Positions 46,976-55,641 of a stretch of 64,000 nucleotides of DNA are shown here, piece after piece. The DNA lies in sequence record MT811961.1. One strand, written 5' to 3'. Each line of letters opens with the position of its first letter. The stretch's first letter is position 1. The position numbers and the translations under genes were made by a program. The notes under the pieces are model-generated. The model was not told the origin of the DNA and ran no database searches. It saw nothing but the letters and a program-made list of their open reading frames with translations.

Positions 46976-47392
46976 ATGGCTTATTCTAATCATCCTTTGC
47001 ATGATGTTAACGGAGAAACTTTCTTCCGTGTTGACGTCATCGAAGGTGAAGACGGCAGTCCTCGATGGGCTGCATTTGTAGCAGGCGGCCGCACTGCTAC
47101 TGTAGATCTAACTGAAACTATTTCTGTTAACCTAAGCGAAATCGAATTGGTTCAATATCCTCGTTCCACAGTTGTCATGGCAAAAGTTGCCGGATGGACT
47201 GGTGATGAAACAGAAGGACGCCAACTATTAAAAGACATGGCGATTGGAACTATCACTGCTTTCGTTTCTGACAATGGTTTGCGCAAGTTGGTTTCACTTG
47301 ACTATGTCAACTCACTAGCATCAGCTAACCCTACCCTTGATCTACGTGGTTACGACAACCTTTATGTAGCTCACAAAGCCGGTTTGATTTAA
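46976..47392 (+). CDS. Hypothetical protein, possibly virion-associated (heads the internal-head-protein cluster)
   Basis: AAGGAG RBS; position upstream of head-protein paralogs. Confidence 0.6.
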   Translation: MAYSNHPLHDVNGETFFRVDVIEGEDGSPRWAAFVAGGRTATVDLTETISVNLSEIELVQYPRSTVVMAKVAGWTGDETEGRQLLKDMAIGTITAFVSDNGLRKLVSLDYVNSLASANPTLDLRGYDNLYVAHKAGLI

Positions 47393-47402
47393 GGAGTTTA
47401 CT

Positions 47403-48476
47403 GTGAGTATTTTTGATTCATACATGTCCGGTGAACTCACTGGCGAATACATTTTGACCGAAGAAGATAAGGCTCTCCTTTCTACTGTGGTTGAAGTACC
47501 GGAACTTATTACCAATCAAGAACGACTGGAACTAGAGTCCGACATCGTTACACTTGGCGCTCTAAGAAAAGCGGAAGTTGACCTTGTCGCTTATTTGGAA
47601 CAGCGCGATACTCTTTCTCTTGATGCGAAAGAGATCTGGAACACACGATTGCAAACACACTTTGTTGATCTCCCATTAGAGATGCGCAAAGACAAGAAAG
47701 GTCTTTTAGAAAAGATCAAGGTTGGTTCTCGTAAACTCTACGAGAAAATCATGAAGATGATCCAAAAGATCGTCAATGGTTTTGTTTTGTTCTTTACTGG
47801 CCGCGAGTCGACTCTTGTCAAGAAGGTACAGCTGGCTGAAGAGATTAACACATTTGACCCATCGGCTGAGTTTACCATCACGCCAAAGATGCGCTTACTT
47901 TCTGTCGACGAAGGCCGTGACTACGTTAAAGCTAACACGGTTATCGAGGCACTTGGTAATTCCGACGTTATCAAGGAAATCCTTGACATCTTTGTAAAAG
48001 AGAATCCGGTTGAAGGCTTAGATAAGATCTTTACAGGGAATATCCTGGATAACTCTTTCCCATCTGTTGTCCGCAATGCAAACAGCCGCATCTGTGGACT
48101 GCACAAAGACGCTGACCAGAAGTACTACTTTAACTGGGATCCTATTCGCAAAGAAGGTGCAGTTAACCTGGACTTCTCCAAGAAACTCGTCGGCGGCAAA
48201 CAGACCGTTTATCCACTAAGTGACGTGCAGCAAATCCTACGTGCAGCTTATGAAACATCTGTTGCTGTACGCGATATCGACGTCAGTATCTTAGAAGGCT
48301 CCATTGCCGCATCGAAAACTATCGGTGGCGACGAAATGGAAAAAGCCGCTCGCTTTACATATAGCGTCGTCATGCATGTAACTAACTACTACATGACACT
48401 AGCCCAACATGCCGAAAACCTATGTAGTGCTTGTCTGCATGCCGGCAAAAAACTTGACAAGAAAGAAGGTAAATAA
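47403..48476 (+). CDS. phiKZ-like internal head protein paralog 1
   Basis: GTG start with AAGGAG; acidic propeptide followed by amphipathic helix GLLEKIKVGSRKLYEKIMKMIQKIVNGFVLFF. Confidence 0.65.
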   Translation: MSIFDSYMSGELTGEYILTEEDKALLSTVVEVPELITNQERLELESDIVTLGALRKAEVDLVAYLEQRDTLSLDAKEIWNTRLQTHFVDLPLEMRKDKKGLLEKIKVGSRKLYEKIMKMIQKIVNGFVLFFTGRESTLVKKVQLAEEINTFDPSAEFTITPKMRLLSVDEGRDYVKANTVIEALGNSDVIKEILDIFVKENPVEGLDKIFTGNILDNSFPSVVRNANSRICGLHKDADQKYYFNWDPIRKEGAVNLDFSKKLVGGKQTVYPLSDVQQILRAAYETSVAVRDIDVSILEGSIAASKTIGGDEMEKAARFTYSVVMHVTNYYMTLAQHAENLCSACLHAGKKLDKKEGK

Positions 48477-48477
48477 A

Positions 48478-49593
48478 ATGCAACTCGAAGATATTTTTGA
48501 TATGGAGTCATACTTTGACGCTGCTCCAGAATACACAGCAGAAGAAATCACGGCGGCTTTAAAAGAACTCCAATCCGACATGGTCTATCTGAGCAACATG
48601 GAAATGCCAGAACTGCTAGAAATCCAAGGTGCTAAAAACGAAATATCTAGCCTAGAAAGCACCCTTGAGGCAGTGGAACATTTCACAAGCCTCGACAGTG
48701 AATCAATGGAAGCGGACGCCTACCAAATCGCATGTGCGGCTTTCCATAGTGTTGTTCCAGAAGAAGTATGGAACAAAGCAGAAGGCAAGGAAGGTTTTGT
48801 TAAGCGCGTTAAAGATCGCATCGCAAAACTTATTGCAAAAATCAAAGCTGCAATTTCTGGCATTGTTAAGCGCTTCCGTGCCAAGGGCAAGAAAGTTAAC
48901 AAGCAGATGATGGTCGTTGCTGTTGGTCTGCGCAACGGAGATCTTGTTTGCAAAGAAGTAAAACCTTCTGAAAAGCTTGCTCCTCTTTATAATCTAGGTG
49001 GCTTTGACTTAAAGGACTACAAAGTTAAGCGTGTTGCACGAGAAGCAATCCCCCTATCGGACATGGAGGCGACAGTAAACGCGATTCCTGGACTAGCAGC
49101 AAACTACAGCAAGATTTCAGTCAAAGGACTAGTTGACTCCAAAGCAGCTAAACAACTCGGTAAAGTTTGGCTAGAAGAAATGAGCAAGATTTCTGTTAAA
49201 ACTCAAACTATTGAAAGTGAAACCCACACGGACGTCTTTTATGCCTACTTGACTGACGATGGCTGTGCTATTGTTACAGAGAGCAGTGCAGCGCTACTTC
49301 CTACTACGATGGTGTCGCGCCCAGAAGAGAAATCCAAAGGCATTGATCTATCTGGCAAAGAATCGCAAGTCGCAAGGATGGCAGAAGCCATTGGTCGTTC
49401 TTGGTTATCGTTGGATAAAACTAATCTCGAGGTCGACAAATGGGCCGAGAGTGAAGGTAACTCAACCGACGGTTTGGACACTAAATGGGTAATGCAGCTT
49501 ATCAGTGGTGTCGACAAGATGATTCAGTTACAGTTGCGTTTCTTGGGTGCCACTGCACTTCTTATCAGTACTGGTACCGAGAAGAAAAAATAA
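48478..49593 (+). CDS. phiKZ-like internal head protein paralog 2
   Basis: Acidic propeptide with S/A/G-x-E sites (SLE, SME, GKE); VPE motif then GFVKRVKDRIAKLIAKIKAAISGIVKRF. Confidence 0.7.
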   Translation: MQLEDIFDMESYFDAAPEYTAEEITAALKELQSDMVYLSNMEMPELLEIQGAKNEISSLESTLEAVEHFTSLDSESMEADAYQIACAAFHSVVPEEVWNKAEGKEGFVKRVKDRIAKLIAKIKAAISGIVKRFRAKGKKVNKQMMVVAVGLRNGDLVCKEVKPSEKLAPLYNLGGFDLKDYKVKRVAREAIPLSDMEATVNAIPGLAANYSKISVKGLVDSKAAKQLGKVWLEEMSKISVKTQTIESETHTDVFYAYLTDDGCAIVTESSAALLPTTMVSRPEEKSKGIDLSGKESQVARMAEAIGRSWLSLDKTNLEVDKWAESEGNSTDGLDTKWVMQLISGVDKMIQLQLRFLGATALLISTGTEKKK

Positions 49594-49598
49594 TCAGC

Positions 49599-49627
49599 AC
49601 AGGGGGCTCGACCCCCCTGTTGTTTTT
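49599..49627 (+). terminator. Probable terminator
   Basis: ACAGGGGG-ctcgac-CCCCCTGT plus tgttttt. Confidence 0.6.
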
Positions 49628-49643
49628 AATGGACAAAGATCAA

Positions 49644-51701
49644 ATGAAAAAGATTACTTTAAGTGAGTTATTCGAAGCGGATGTACTACCGCAAGAAGAA
49701 GACGAAGAAGCTCCTGGGATATCCATTATCCTTCCTGACGAACCAGTTACGGAAGATGCCGAATCACTAGCCCTGTTTTCTGCGCTATCGGAACTCAACA
49801 TCCTTGAAGCTGCCTTTGATGCTGCCGAGGTCTTCTTGTCACACACTGGTGACGAAGAAAGCCGCAAGGTGGCAGAGGCACGCTTCTATGCATCTGTTCC
49901 AGAAACGATCGTTTTGAAAGCAGGTGGTGCTTCTGGCTTTAAAGAAAAGGCTGCTGTTAAGATCAAACAGGCTATTGCGAAAGTTAAGGCCGCGATCACA
50001 AATGTACTAACTAAGTTTGTTGGCGACAGCCGAGTCAAACAACTCCGTTTAGAGTCAGCCCGCAAAGGAGTAGCTAATGGTACTTACTTTACTGGCGTTG
50101 TTCCGCTAAACAAATCACATCATGCTTTTGCCACTGATCTTTCTGGCGGACGTTCTGCAACAGTCGATTTCATGAACTCGAAACAAATTGCTGCTACCTT
50201 GGAAGCTGCATTGGATTCGATCAACAACCTACCGCGTGCGCTATCCTCTTTAGGGAAACTAGATAATGCGAACTATACAAAAGACCTAGGAAAAATTCTT
50301 ACGGATCTTTATGGCTTCGGTGCCACAGTAGACAGCCGCGCAATGTCATTTGGTTTCACGAAAGACCAAAGCATGGCACTGAGTGTAATTATGTCTGGCG
50401 GAATCTCTCCAAAGATGGTTAATGCCAAAGCAGCAATAGTTAAAGCTGGTCGTGTAGATATCGATAAGGGTGATTTCGAAAAAGGTTCAGAAGCCGTCAT
50501 TAAAGGCTTTGCTGCAATGCCTAAGGTACAGCGTGCAATTGCACAGTACAACACACAGCTAAATGAAGAGAATGCAAAAACACAATCAGCGATTGCTCGC
50601 ATTCTTGGCATTACTGTAGCAATGTACAAAGAAACCCTCAACGGCGGTTACCGTGTACTCGGCGGCTCCATCAAGAAAACAAACAAAGACCAAGGAACAA
50701 ACATGTCTTTCCTATATCCAGAACAAATCGAAATTGCTCAACTAGAGCTTGAGTTAGAGGCAATGCAGAAAGCAGAGCAAGAAGCAATCACTTTTGAAGC
50801 ATCAGCCAAAACAGAAGCAGACGAAGCTCGCTTTATGTACCACGTACCAGAAGAACTAGTAATGGCGGCTGGCGGCAAACAAAGCTTTATCAAGCGCGCT
50901 GGTGCGGCAATTGCAAACAAGATCCAACAGATCCTTAAAGCAATCAAAGATATGTTCTCTCGTATCTTTGGTAAAGCCGCGACAAAGAAAGCTGTTGATG
51001 AAGCAGACAAAGTCGGCAAGAAGGCAGAAGCTACTGCGAAGAAAGTAGAAGAAGAGATCAACAAAGACCCACGCAAGATGGCGATGGATCTCAATATTCC
51101 AATCGCAATTGAAGCTTCAGTACTTGCTAATGGTAAAGAAATTATTCATCCATTGGAAGTCGTCAAGAAAACAACGGCATTGGTCGAGACAGCACAAAGT
51201 CTCATGGCCGGTATCATCCAGTTTGGTCTTGGTACACCACCTAAGGCTGTTGATGAAATTTCAGATACCGTTAAGCGCGGATTTGAAGCCGTTGGGATGA
51301 AGGGTGACATGATGGAGATCCGCCCATGGGCTGGAACCAATAGTGGCTTCCGTGCCAAGGTGGATGAATCCAATCCATACAAGCTTTCTTTCCACTGGTT
51401 TGAAGATGTACCAAAAGTCAAGAACAAGGTAGTTCGAAACGTTTCTTTGGAAGACTTGGAAAAATACTCTGCTTCTGCACAGCAGTCGATTGTTAAATCT
51501 GGTGACTTGGCTAGAAACATCGACGAACTCATGAAGGCAGACTTTTCTAAACTCAACAAAGAAAACCGTGATTTAGCGATGAGTCAACTTGCACTTGGTC
51601 GTGACATTGCACTTCTGGTTAGACGCATGAACCAGTCGTCTATCAAGGCATGTTCCGCCCTTGTCAAAGAAGCTGAAAAGAAACTCAAAGAACAGAAATA
51701 A
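49644..51701 (+). CDS. Fused double internal head protein (two propeptide-plus-helix units)
   Basis: Unit 1 VPETIVLKAGGASGFKEKAAVKIKQAIAKVK; unit 2 starts at in-frame ATG 50703 with its own AAGGA RBS, VPEELVMAAGGKQSFIKRAGAAIANKIQQILK; start may be 49629. Confidence 0.7.
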   Translation: MKKITLSELFEADVLPQEEDEEAPGISIILPDEPVTEDAESLALFSALSELNILEAAFDAAEVFLSHTGDEESRKVAEARFYASVPETIVLKAGGASGFKEKAAVKIKQAIAKVKAAITNVLTKFVGDSRVKQLRLESARKGVANGTYFTGVVPLNKSHHAFATDLSGGRSATVDFMNSKQIAATLEAALDSINNLPRALSSLGKLDNANYTKDLGKILTDLYGFGATVDSRAMSFGFTKDQSMALSVIMSGGISPKMVNAKAAIVKAGRVDIDKGDFEKGSEAVIKGFAAMPKVQRAIAQYNTQLNEENAKTQSAIARILGITVAMYKETLNGGYRVLGGSIKKTNKDQGTNMSFLYPEQIEIAQLELELEAMQKAEQEAITFEASAKTEADEARFMYHVPEELVMAAGGKQSFIKRAGAAIANKIQQILKAIKDMFSRIFGKAATKKAVDEADKVGKKAEATAKKVEEEINKDPRKMAMDLNIPIAIEASVLANGKEIIHPLEVVKKTTALVETAQSLMAGIIQFGLGTPPKAVDEISDTVKRGFEAVGMKGDMMEIRPWAGTNSGFRAKVDESNPYKLSFHWFEDVPKVKNKVVRNVSLEDLEKYSASAQQSIVKSGDLARNIDELMKADFSKLNKENRDLAMSQLALGRDIALLVRRMNQSSIKACSALVKEAEKKLKEQK

Positions 51702-51708
51702 CGAAGAT

Positions 51709-51738
51709 GTATTGCCCTTCGGGGCAATACTCTTTTTT
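51709..51738 (+). terminator. Rho-independent terminator (UUCG loop)
   Basis: GTATTGCCC-ttcg-GGGCAATAC plus tctttttt. Confidence 0.85.
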
Positions 51739-51788
51739 AACCGTCGTTTTGAATATTATGTTAAGAACCCACAACCCAAGGAATTATC

Positions 51789-52466
51789 ATGTACGATAAA
51801 CGTTACTTTATTCTCAATGCCGACTTTGAAACGAATGGCTTCAATGGAGCGCAGAAAGATAAAGACAATAACTGGATTCTAGGTCAACAGCACCATGCAA
51901 TCATGGAAGGTGCTTTTCAGCTAGTTGACGCCAGCACAATGGAAGTACTTGCGCAGACAGAACGCCTTGTCTATGATGCAGTGCGTATTGGCAACTGGAA
52001 TGAGTCTACACGCGACTTTCATAACAAAGTCCATGTAGAAGGCACAGAACCATTCATGACTCGCTGGGAGACTGGAGAGCGCGTTTCTGTAGAATCCCTA
52101 GAGCAAGAACTAATGGCGATGCTGGAAGCACACATCGAAGAAATCGTTCCAGCCAACCCGCGTAACGAAATTCAAATCTGTCTAGCAGCACGTTCGGTTG
52201 GTTTCGACCGTAGCTTTATTGATGCGCAGATGCCTAACCTAGGCACAGTACTTTCTCACCAGATGCTAGATGTGAGTTCTATTCGTCTGGCTATCCGCAT
52301 GTTCCATCCAACAATGACTGACTTAAAGCCAGGTGCTGTAACACACAACGCAATGGACGATTGTGAATACATCTTGGGTGAAATCGATTTGATTCGTCAG
52401 ATGGTACAGGCAATTGATACTGATAAGAAGTATCTATCTGAACACCTAGAAGGTCAACAAGCTTAA
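51789..52466 (+). CDS. DEDDh 3'-5' exonuclease, oligoribonuclease-like
   Basis: ExoI ADFETNG, ExoII SVGFDRSFI...MP, LDVSSI, ExoIII HNAMDD. Confidence 0.8.
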   Translation: MYDKRYFILNADFETNGFNGAQKDKDNNWILGQQHHAIMEGAFQLVDASTMEVLAQTERLVYDAVRIGNWNESTRDFHNKVHVEGTEPFMTRWETGERVSVESLEQELMAMLEAHIEEIVPANPRNEIQICLAARSVGFDRSFIDAQMPNLGTVLSHQMLDVSSIRLAIRMFHPTMTDLKPGAVTHNAMDDCEYILGEIDLIRQMVQAIDTDKKYLSEHLEGQQA

Positions 52467-52488
52467 TCATTCAGTAGAGGATGATCTC

Positions 52489-52496
52489 TATATTAC
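52489..52496 (+). promoter_or_regulatory. Early promoter core TATATTAC
   Basis: gatctcTATATTACcttagggat. Confidence 0.75.
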
Positions 52497-52528
52497 CTTA
52501 GGGATCATTCTCAATAAAGGACATCATC

Positions 52529-53014
52529 ATGTATAGAACACTTTCAAAAAGCGCCGGTACTCATCAAGTATGCACCCGCAGAACAATGGCGTTTGAAGTA
52601 GAACCGGGCAAGCCAGTTACGTTTTCATTTCCGTGGCTTGATCCCATGGACATCAGCTTTGCTTGTGACCTGGAAATTCGATGGGCAACGAGAAAAGCAC
52701 CCAAAGATAAAAAGGTAATCGCGCCGTTCTTGTCTGTTACTTTAAAAGACGACAACGCAAGAGAACATGCTGCTTTTATCGGCAAACGCCTTGATAGTGA
52801 CTCTCCGGATCGTCTTGCCCATCATGTGACACTGGAGCGAGAGAAGCGCAGTGAAGGTTTCCACGTGCGCTTTGAAGCACAAAACACACCAGTTAAGATT
52901 TGGTTCCGAATCCCAAATGGTGTTTTCATGTCCAAGCGCAACGGACAGTTGATGTCTGGTCGCTCTGGTCCTAATGCACCTATGGCTCAAGCTCGTATGG
53001 AGGGCAATGTATAA
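52529..53014 (+). CDS. Early hypothetical protein
   Basis: AAGGA RBS after promoter. Confidence 0.7.
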   Translation: MYRTLSKSAGTHQVCTRRTMAFEVEPGKPVTFSFPWLDPMDISFACDLEIRWATRKAPKDKKVIAPFLSVTLKDDNAREHAAFIGKRLDSDSPDRLAHHVTLEREKRSEGFHVRFEAQNTPVKIWFRIPNGVFMSKRNGQLMSGRSGPNAPMAQARMEGNV

Positions 53015-53394
53015 TGGAATACTCTCTGCTTTATTTTAAAGGACTTTCTATCGTACTGGGGATTACTCTAATTTGCTTTTTCGGTTGGGTTTGTGGTTTA
53101 TTAAACTCAATCCAAAAATGGAAAAAGCAACACGCAAAACAAGAACAACTTGCTACTCAAAGCTCAAATGAAATTAGAGTCCTTACTGTTAATTGCGAGT
53201 ACTTTGAAAAAGAATCAAAATCAAATCGAGAGTTAGCTGAAACATACAGTAAGCGACTTGTCTTTATAGCAGACAATCTCGACAGTATTTCTCCTGAGCT
53301 GATTAAACGAATCGGCGAAGATACGACAACAAGACCACTAAATAGTCTTGTTGGTGAACACACAATGGAATATAAAGGACTTAACGAACGATGA
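53014..53394 (+). CDS. TM plus coiled-coil small protein
   Basis: GLSIVLGITLICFFGWVCGLL; TAATG coupling. Confidence 0.65.
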   Translation: MEYSLLYFKGLSIVLGITLICFFGWVCGLLNSIQKWKKQHAKQEQLATQSSNEIRVLTVNCEYFEKESKSNRELAETYSKRLVFIADNLDSISPELIKRIGEDTTTRPLNSLVGEHTMEYKGLNER

Positions 53395-53843
53395 ACAAGT
53401 CAAACAAGTTTATTTCAGAAGCTCGTTTCGAGCGACTAGTAGAGCAGAACAAAAAGCACGGCTCTACCGGCATGAGTGTAACGATTCAAGCTAAACTACC
53501 GATGTGGTTTAAGGCACGTTACCGCATTGCCGAAGATTGCACAATGGTAACCGTCAGTGCAGTTGGTTCTTTGGATGTGATCCATGTCAAAACTCTAGAT
53601 GGTGAAGACAAGTACATGCTGGTCTCTGGTAAAGCAGAATACCAGACGGGTCTTGGTTTCCATTGGGTTTGGCATGTGCCTGATGCAGTTAGTAAGCTAG
53701 ACAGCAAAGAGCTGGACTTTGACTGGGCTGCTGCATACGGCGAACTTGTAGAGAACAAAGAGCTCAAGAGCTACAAGGATACAATGGAATACGCTTGGGC
53801 GCGTAACTTTTTCAACGGCTACGAAGTAATCACAGGAGAATAA
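53391..53843 (+). CDS. Hypothetical protein
   Basis: ATGA coupling, 150 aa. Confidence 0.65.
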   Translation: MNKSNKFISEARFERLVEQNKKHGSTGMSVTIQAKLPMWFKARYRIAEDCTMVTVSAVGSLDVIHVKTLDGEDKYMLVSGKAEYQTGLGFHWVWHVPDAVSKLDSKELDFDWAAAYGELVENKELKSYKDTMEYAWARNFFNGYEVITGE

Positions 53844-53846
53844 AAG

Positions 53847-54773
53847 ATGGCTGCTTATACTGGTTGGCTTGATGGCCTTAATCGCATTGTAGAACACGGT
53901 GCATGGAACTACAATGAACGCACTGGCAAGAACGTATTGGAATATGCTTTTATCGATACAGTGATCGATGTTGGTGCGGGTGTCTTTCCTCTAGAGACCA
54001 CACGTGCTTGCGGCAAGCGTGTCTGGAAAACAGCCATCAAAGAAATCATTGGTTATATTCGTGGTTATCGCAATTCCGAATTATTTGAAGCCATGGGTTG
54101 TCCTACTTGGTCTGCCAACGCTAATGAAAACGAAGCTTGGCTAGCAAATCCACATCGCAAGGGTCATGGCGACATGGGACAAGCATACCTATTCCGTCCT
54201 AAAGGCTATGTGCCAATGATACTTCGTAAAGAAGACGACTCAATGGAAGTCAAAGCCAACTACGAAGGCGAAGGCCGTGACATGGTTCGTTATATCTACG
54301 AATCACTTTGTAAAGGACAAGACGATCGTGGTCTGATTGCTACCGCTTGGAACGCCGATAGCTTTGCAGAATCTTGTCTGCGTCCATGCATGCATACGTG
54401 GGCATTTAACCTTATCGATGGCAAGCTGAGTCTTCGTACCAGTCAGCGCAGTAACGATTTTCTGTTGGGCGGGATAGCGAACGAAGTACAGACTTACTTC
54501 CTCTTGGCTATCTTTGCACAGATCACAAAACAACCAGCTGGTATTGCAAAGCACTGTTCGGATAACTGCCATATCTACGAAGATCAATACGAGATCTTGA
54601 TGGATAAGCGCCAACACGAACGCAAGCCTTTTGATGCTCCTCGTCTATGGATCTCTCCTGAGATTGACTCTCTGGAAGCACTAGAGACATTTGACATGGA
54701 CAAGTTTGATGACTACTTCAAACTAGAAGGCTATGAAAGCCACGGTTCAATCATCTATCCTTTCTCTGTCTAA
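53847..54773 (+). CDS. thyA: Thymidylate synthase (Vibrio/Pasteurella-type)
   Basis: NERTG, GYIRGY, W.ANAN.N.AWL.NP.RKG, catalytic LRPCM, QRSND....G...N, HIY, C-terminal YPFSV. Confidence 0.93.
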   Translation: MAAYTGWLDGLNRIVEHGAWNYNERTGKNVLEYAFIDTVIDVGAGVFPLETTRACGKRVWKTAIKEIIGYIRGYRNSELFEAMGCPTWSANANENEAWLANPHRKGHGDMGQAYLFRPKGYVPMILRKEDDSMEVKANYEGEGRDMVRYIYESLCKGQDDRGLIATAWNADSFAESCLRPCMHTWAFNLIDGKLSLRTSQRSNDFLLGGIANEVQTYFLLAIFAQITKQPAGIAKHCSDNCHIYEDQYEILMDKRQHERKPFDAPRLWISPEIDSLEALETFDMDKFDDYFKLEGYESHGSIIYPFSV

Positions 54774-54780
54774 CTATTAC

Positions 54781-54798
54781 AGTGCCCTTCGGGGCACT
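54781..54798 (+). other. UUCG hairpin without long U tract
   Basis: AGTGCCC-ttcg-GGGCACT. Confidence 0.6.
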
Positions 54799-54809
54799 TT
54801 GGAATTCTC

Positions 54810-55304
54810 ATGACCAAACCAAACGAAAACCTTCCCTCACTACAAGACGTTGCACGCAACTGGTTCTTTAAACAAAACCTTGCAGTCAATGCGATTGCCT
54901 ATGCAATAGACGAATCATTTTCTAACAAGTGCGTTGTTCGCTTTGCTGTTGGTAAGCTAATTGACGAGGTTCCTTACCTGTTTACACATATCGGACACAT
55001 CGATCACGAACTCATTCAAGACTTCAATGGTTTATTGGTCGTTGACCTTACAGCAACCGAAGAAGTAATGCCTGTTATTGATCCTATTATTGACGGATCA
55101 GAAGACATTGGTTTCTTGACTGATGCGTTTGGTAATCGTCACTATTTCTCTTCTGCTATTGGCATCGGCTACAACCCAGAAGATCGACCAGGTGCACAGC
55201 CTATGTTGATCGGACTAAGTGGTCACGAAGATCACCTACTAACCAATGAAGGTGCCTGGCCAATCGAAGACGGTATTAGCGAATACAAGACTCGTTACAA
55301 CTAA
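54810..55304 (+). CDS. Hypothetical protein
   Basis: 164-aa ORF. Confidence 0.65.
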   Translation: MTKPNENLPSLQDVARNWFFKQNLAVNAIAYAIDESFSNKCVVRFAVGKLIDEVPYLFTHIGHIDHELIQDFNGLLVVDLTATEEVMPVIDPIIDGSEDIGFLTDAFGNRHYFSSAIGIGYNPEDRPGAQPMLIGLSGHEDHLLTNEGAWPIEDGISEYKTRYN

Positions 55305-55316
55305 AAATAATAATAC

Positions 55317-55340
55317 CCTGTCTCCCATATGGGAGACAGG
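55317..55340. terminator. Probable bidirectional terminator between convergent genes
   Basis: CCTGTCTCCC-atat-GGGAGACAGG flanked by A/T-rich tracts. Confidence 0.65.
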
Positions 55341-55353
55341 CATATTCTATTCT

Positions 55354-55554
55354 TTAAAAATCTAGGTCATCTAGACCATCTAAAACATCTTCTCGCTCAA
55401 GATGTTCAATGTGCTCAACAAGACTATCGATAGCCAAACGTTTTCTTTGAATCGCTTCATCATTGTCCGTCAACAACAGATCTAGATATTCTGCTTTTAG
55501 TTTTGTCAGCATTGTTTTTGAATCATCTAAATCAAGACCGGTGAAAGCTGGCAT
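55354..55554 (-). CDS. Small acidic helical protein
   Basis: 66 aa, AGAGGA RBS, D/E-rich C-terminus. Confidence 0.65.
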   Translation of the reverse strand: MPAFTGLDLDDSKTMLTKLKAEYLDLLLTDNDEAIQRKRLAIDSLVEHIEHLEREDVLDGLDDLDF

Positions 55555-55641
55555 TTTTACATTCCTCTTTAATAAGTTAGTACATTATATTATTTTCCTG
55601 CGTTATCTAGTTAACGTATCAACCAACCGGAGTAATCCATC

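Noticed and set aside
49485-49628. Extended N-terminus of the 738-aa ORF (and similar upstream extensions at 3945, 14346, 21962, 23214, 29061, 34849, 48409)
   Set aside because: The extensions overlap the previous gene or a terminator and lack an RBS; downstream ATGs with good SD sequences were used instead
52481-52508. Inverted repeat around the promoter (ATGATCTCTA-8 nt-TAGGGATCAT) suggesting an N4-type hairpin promoter
   Set aside because: Only this copy forms a 10-bp stem; the other eight promoters give at most 4-5 bp, so it is not a general feature
53847-54773. dCMP hydroxymethylase / DNA hypermodification pathway
   Set aside because: The residue 8 positions after the QRSxD Asp is Asn (dUMP-specific), not Asp, and no glycosyltransferase or modification genes are adjacent
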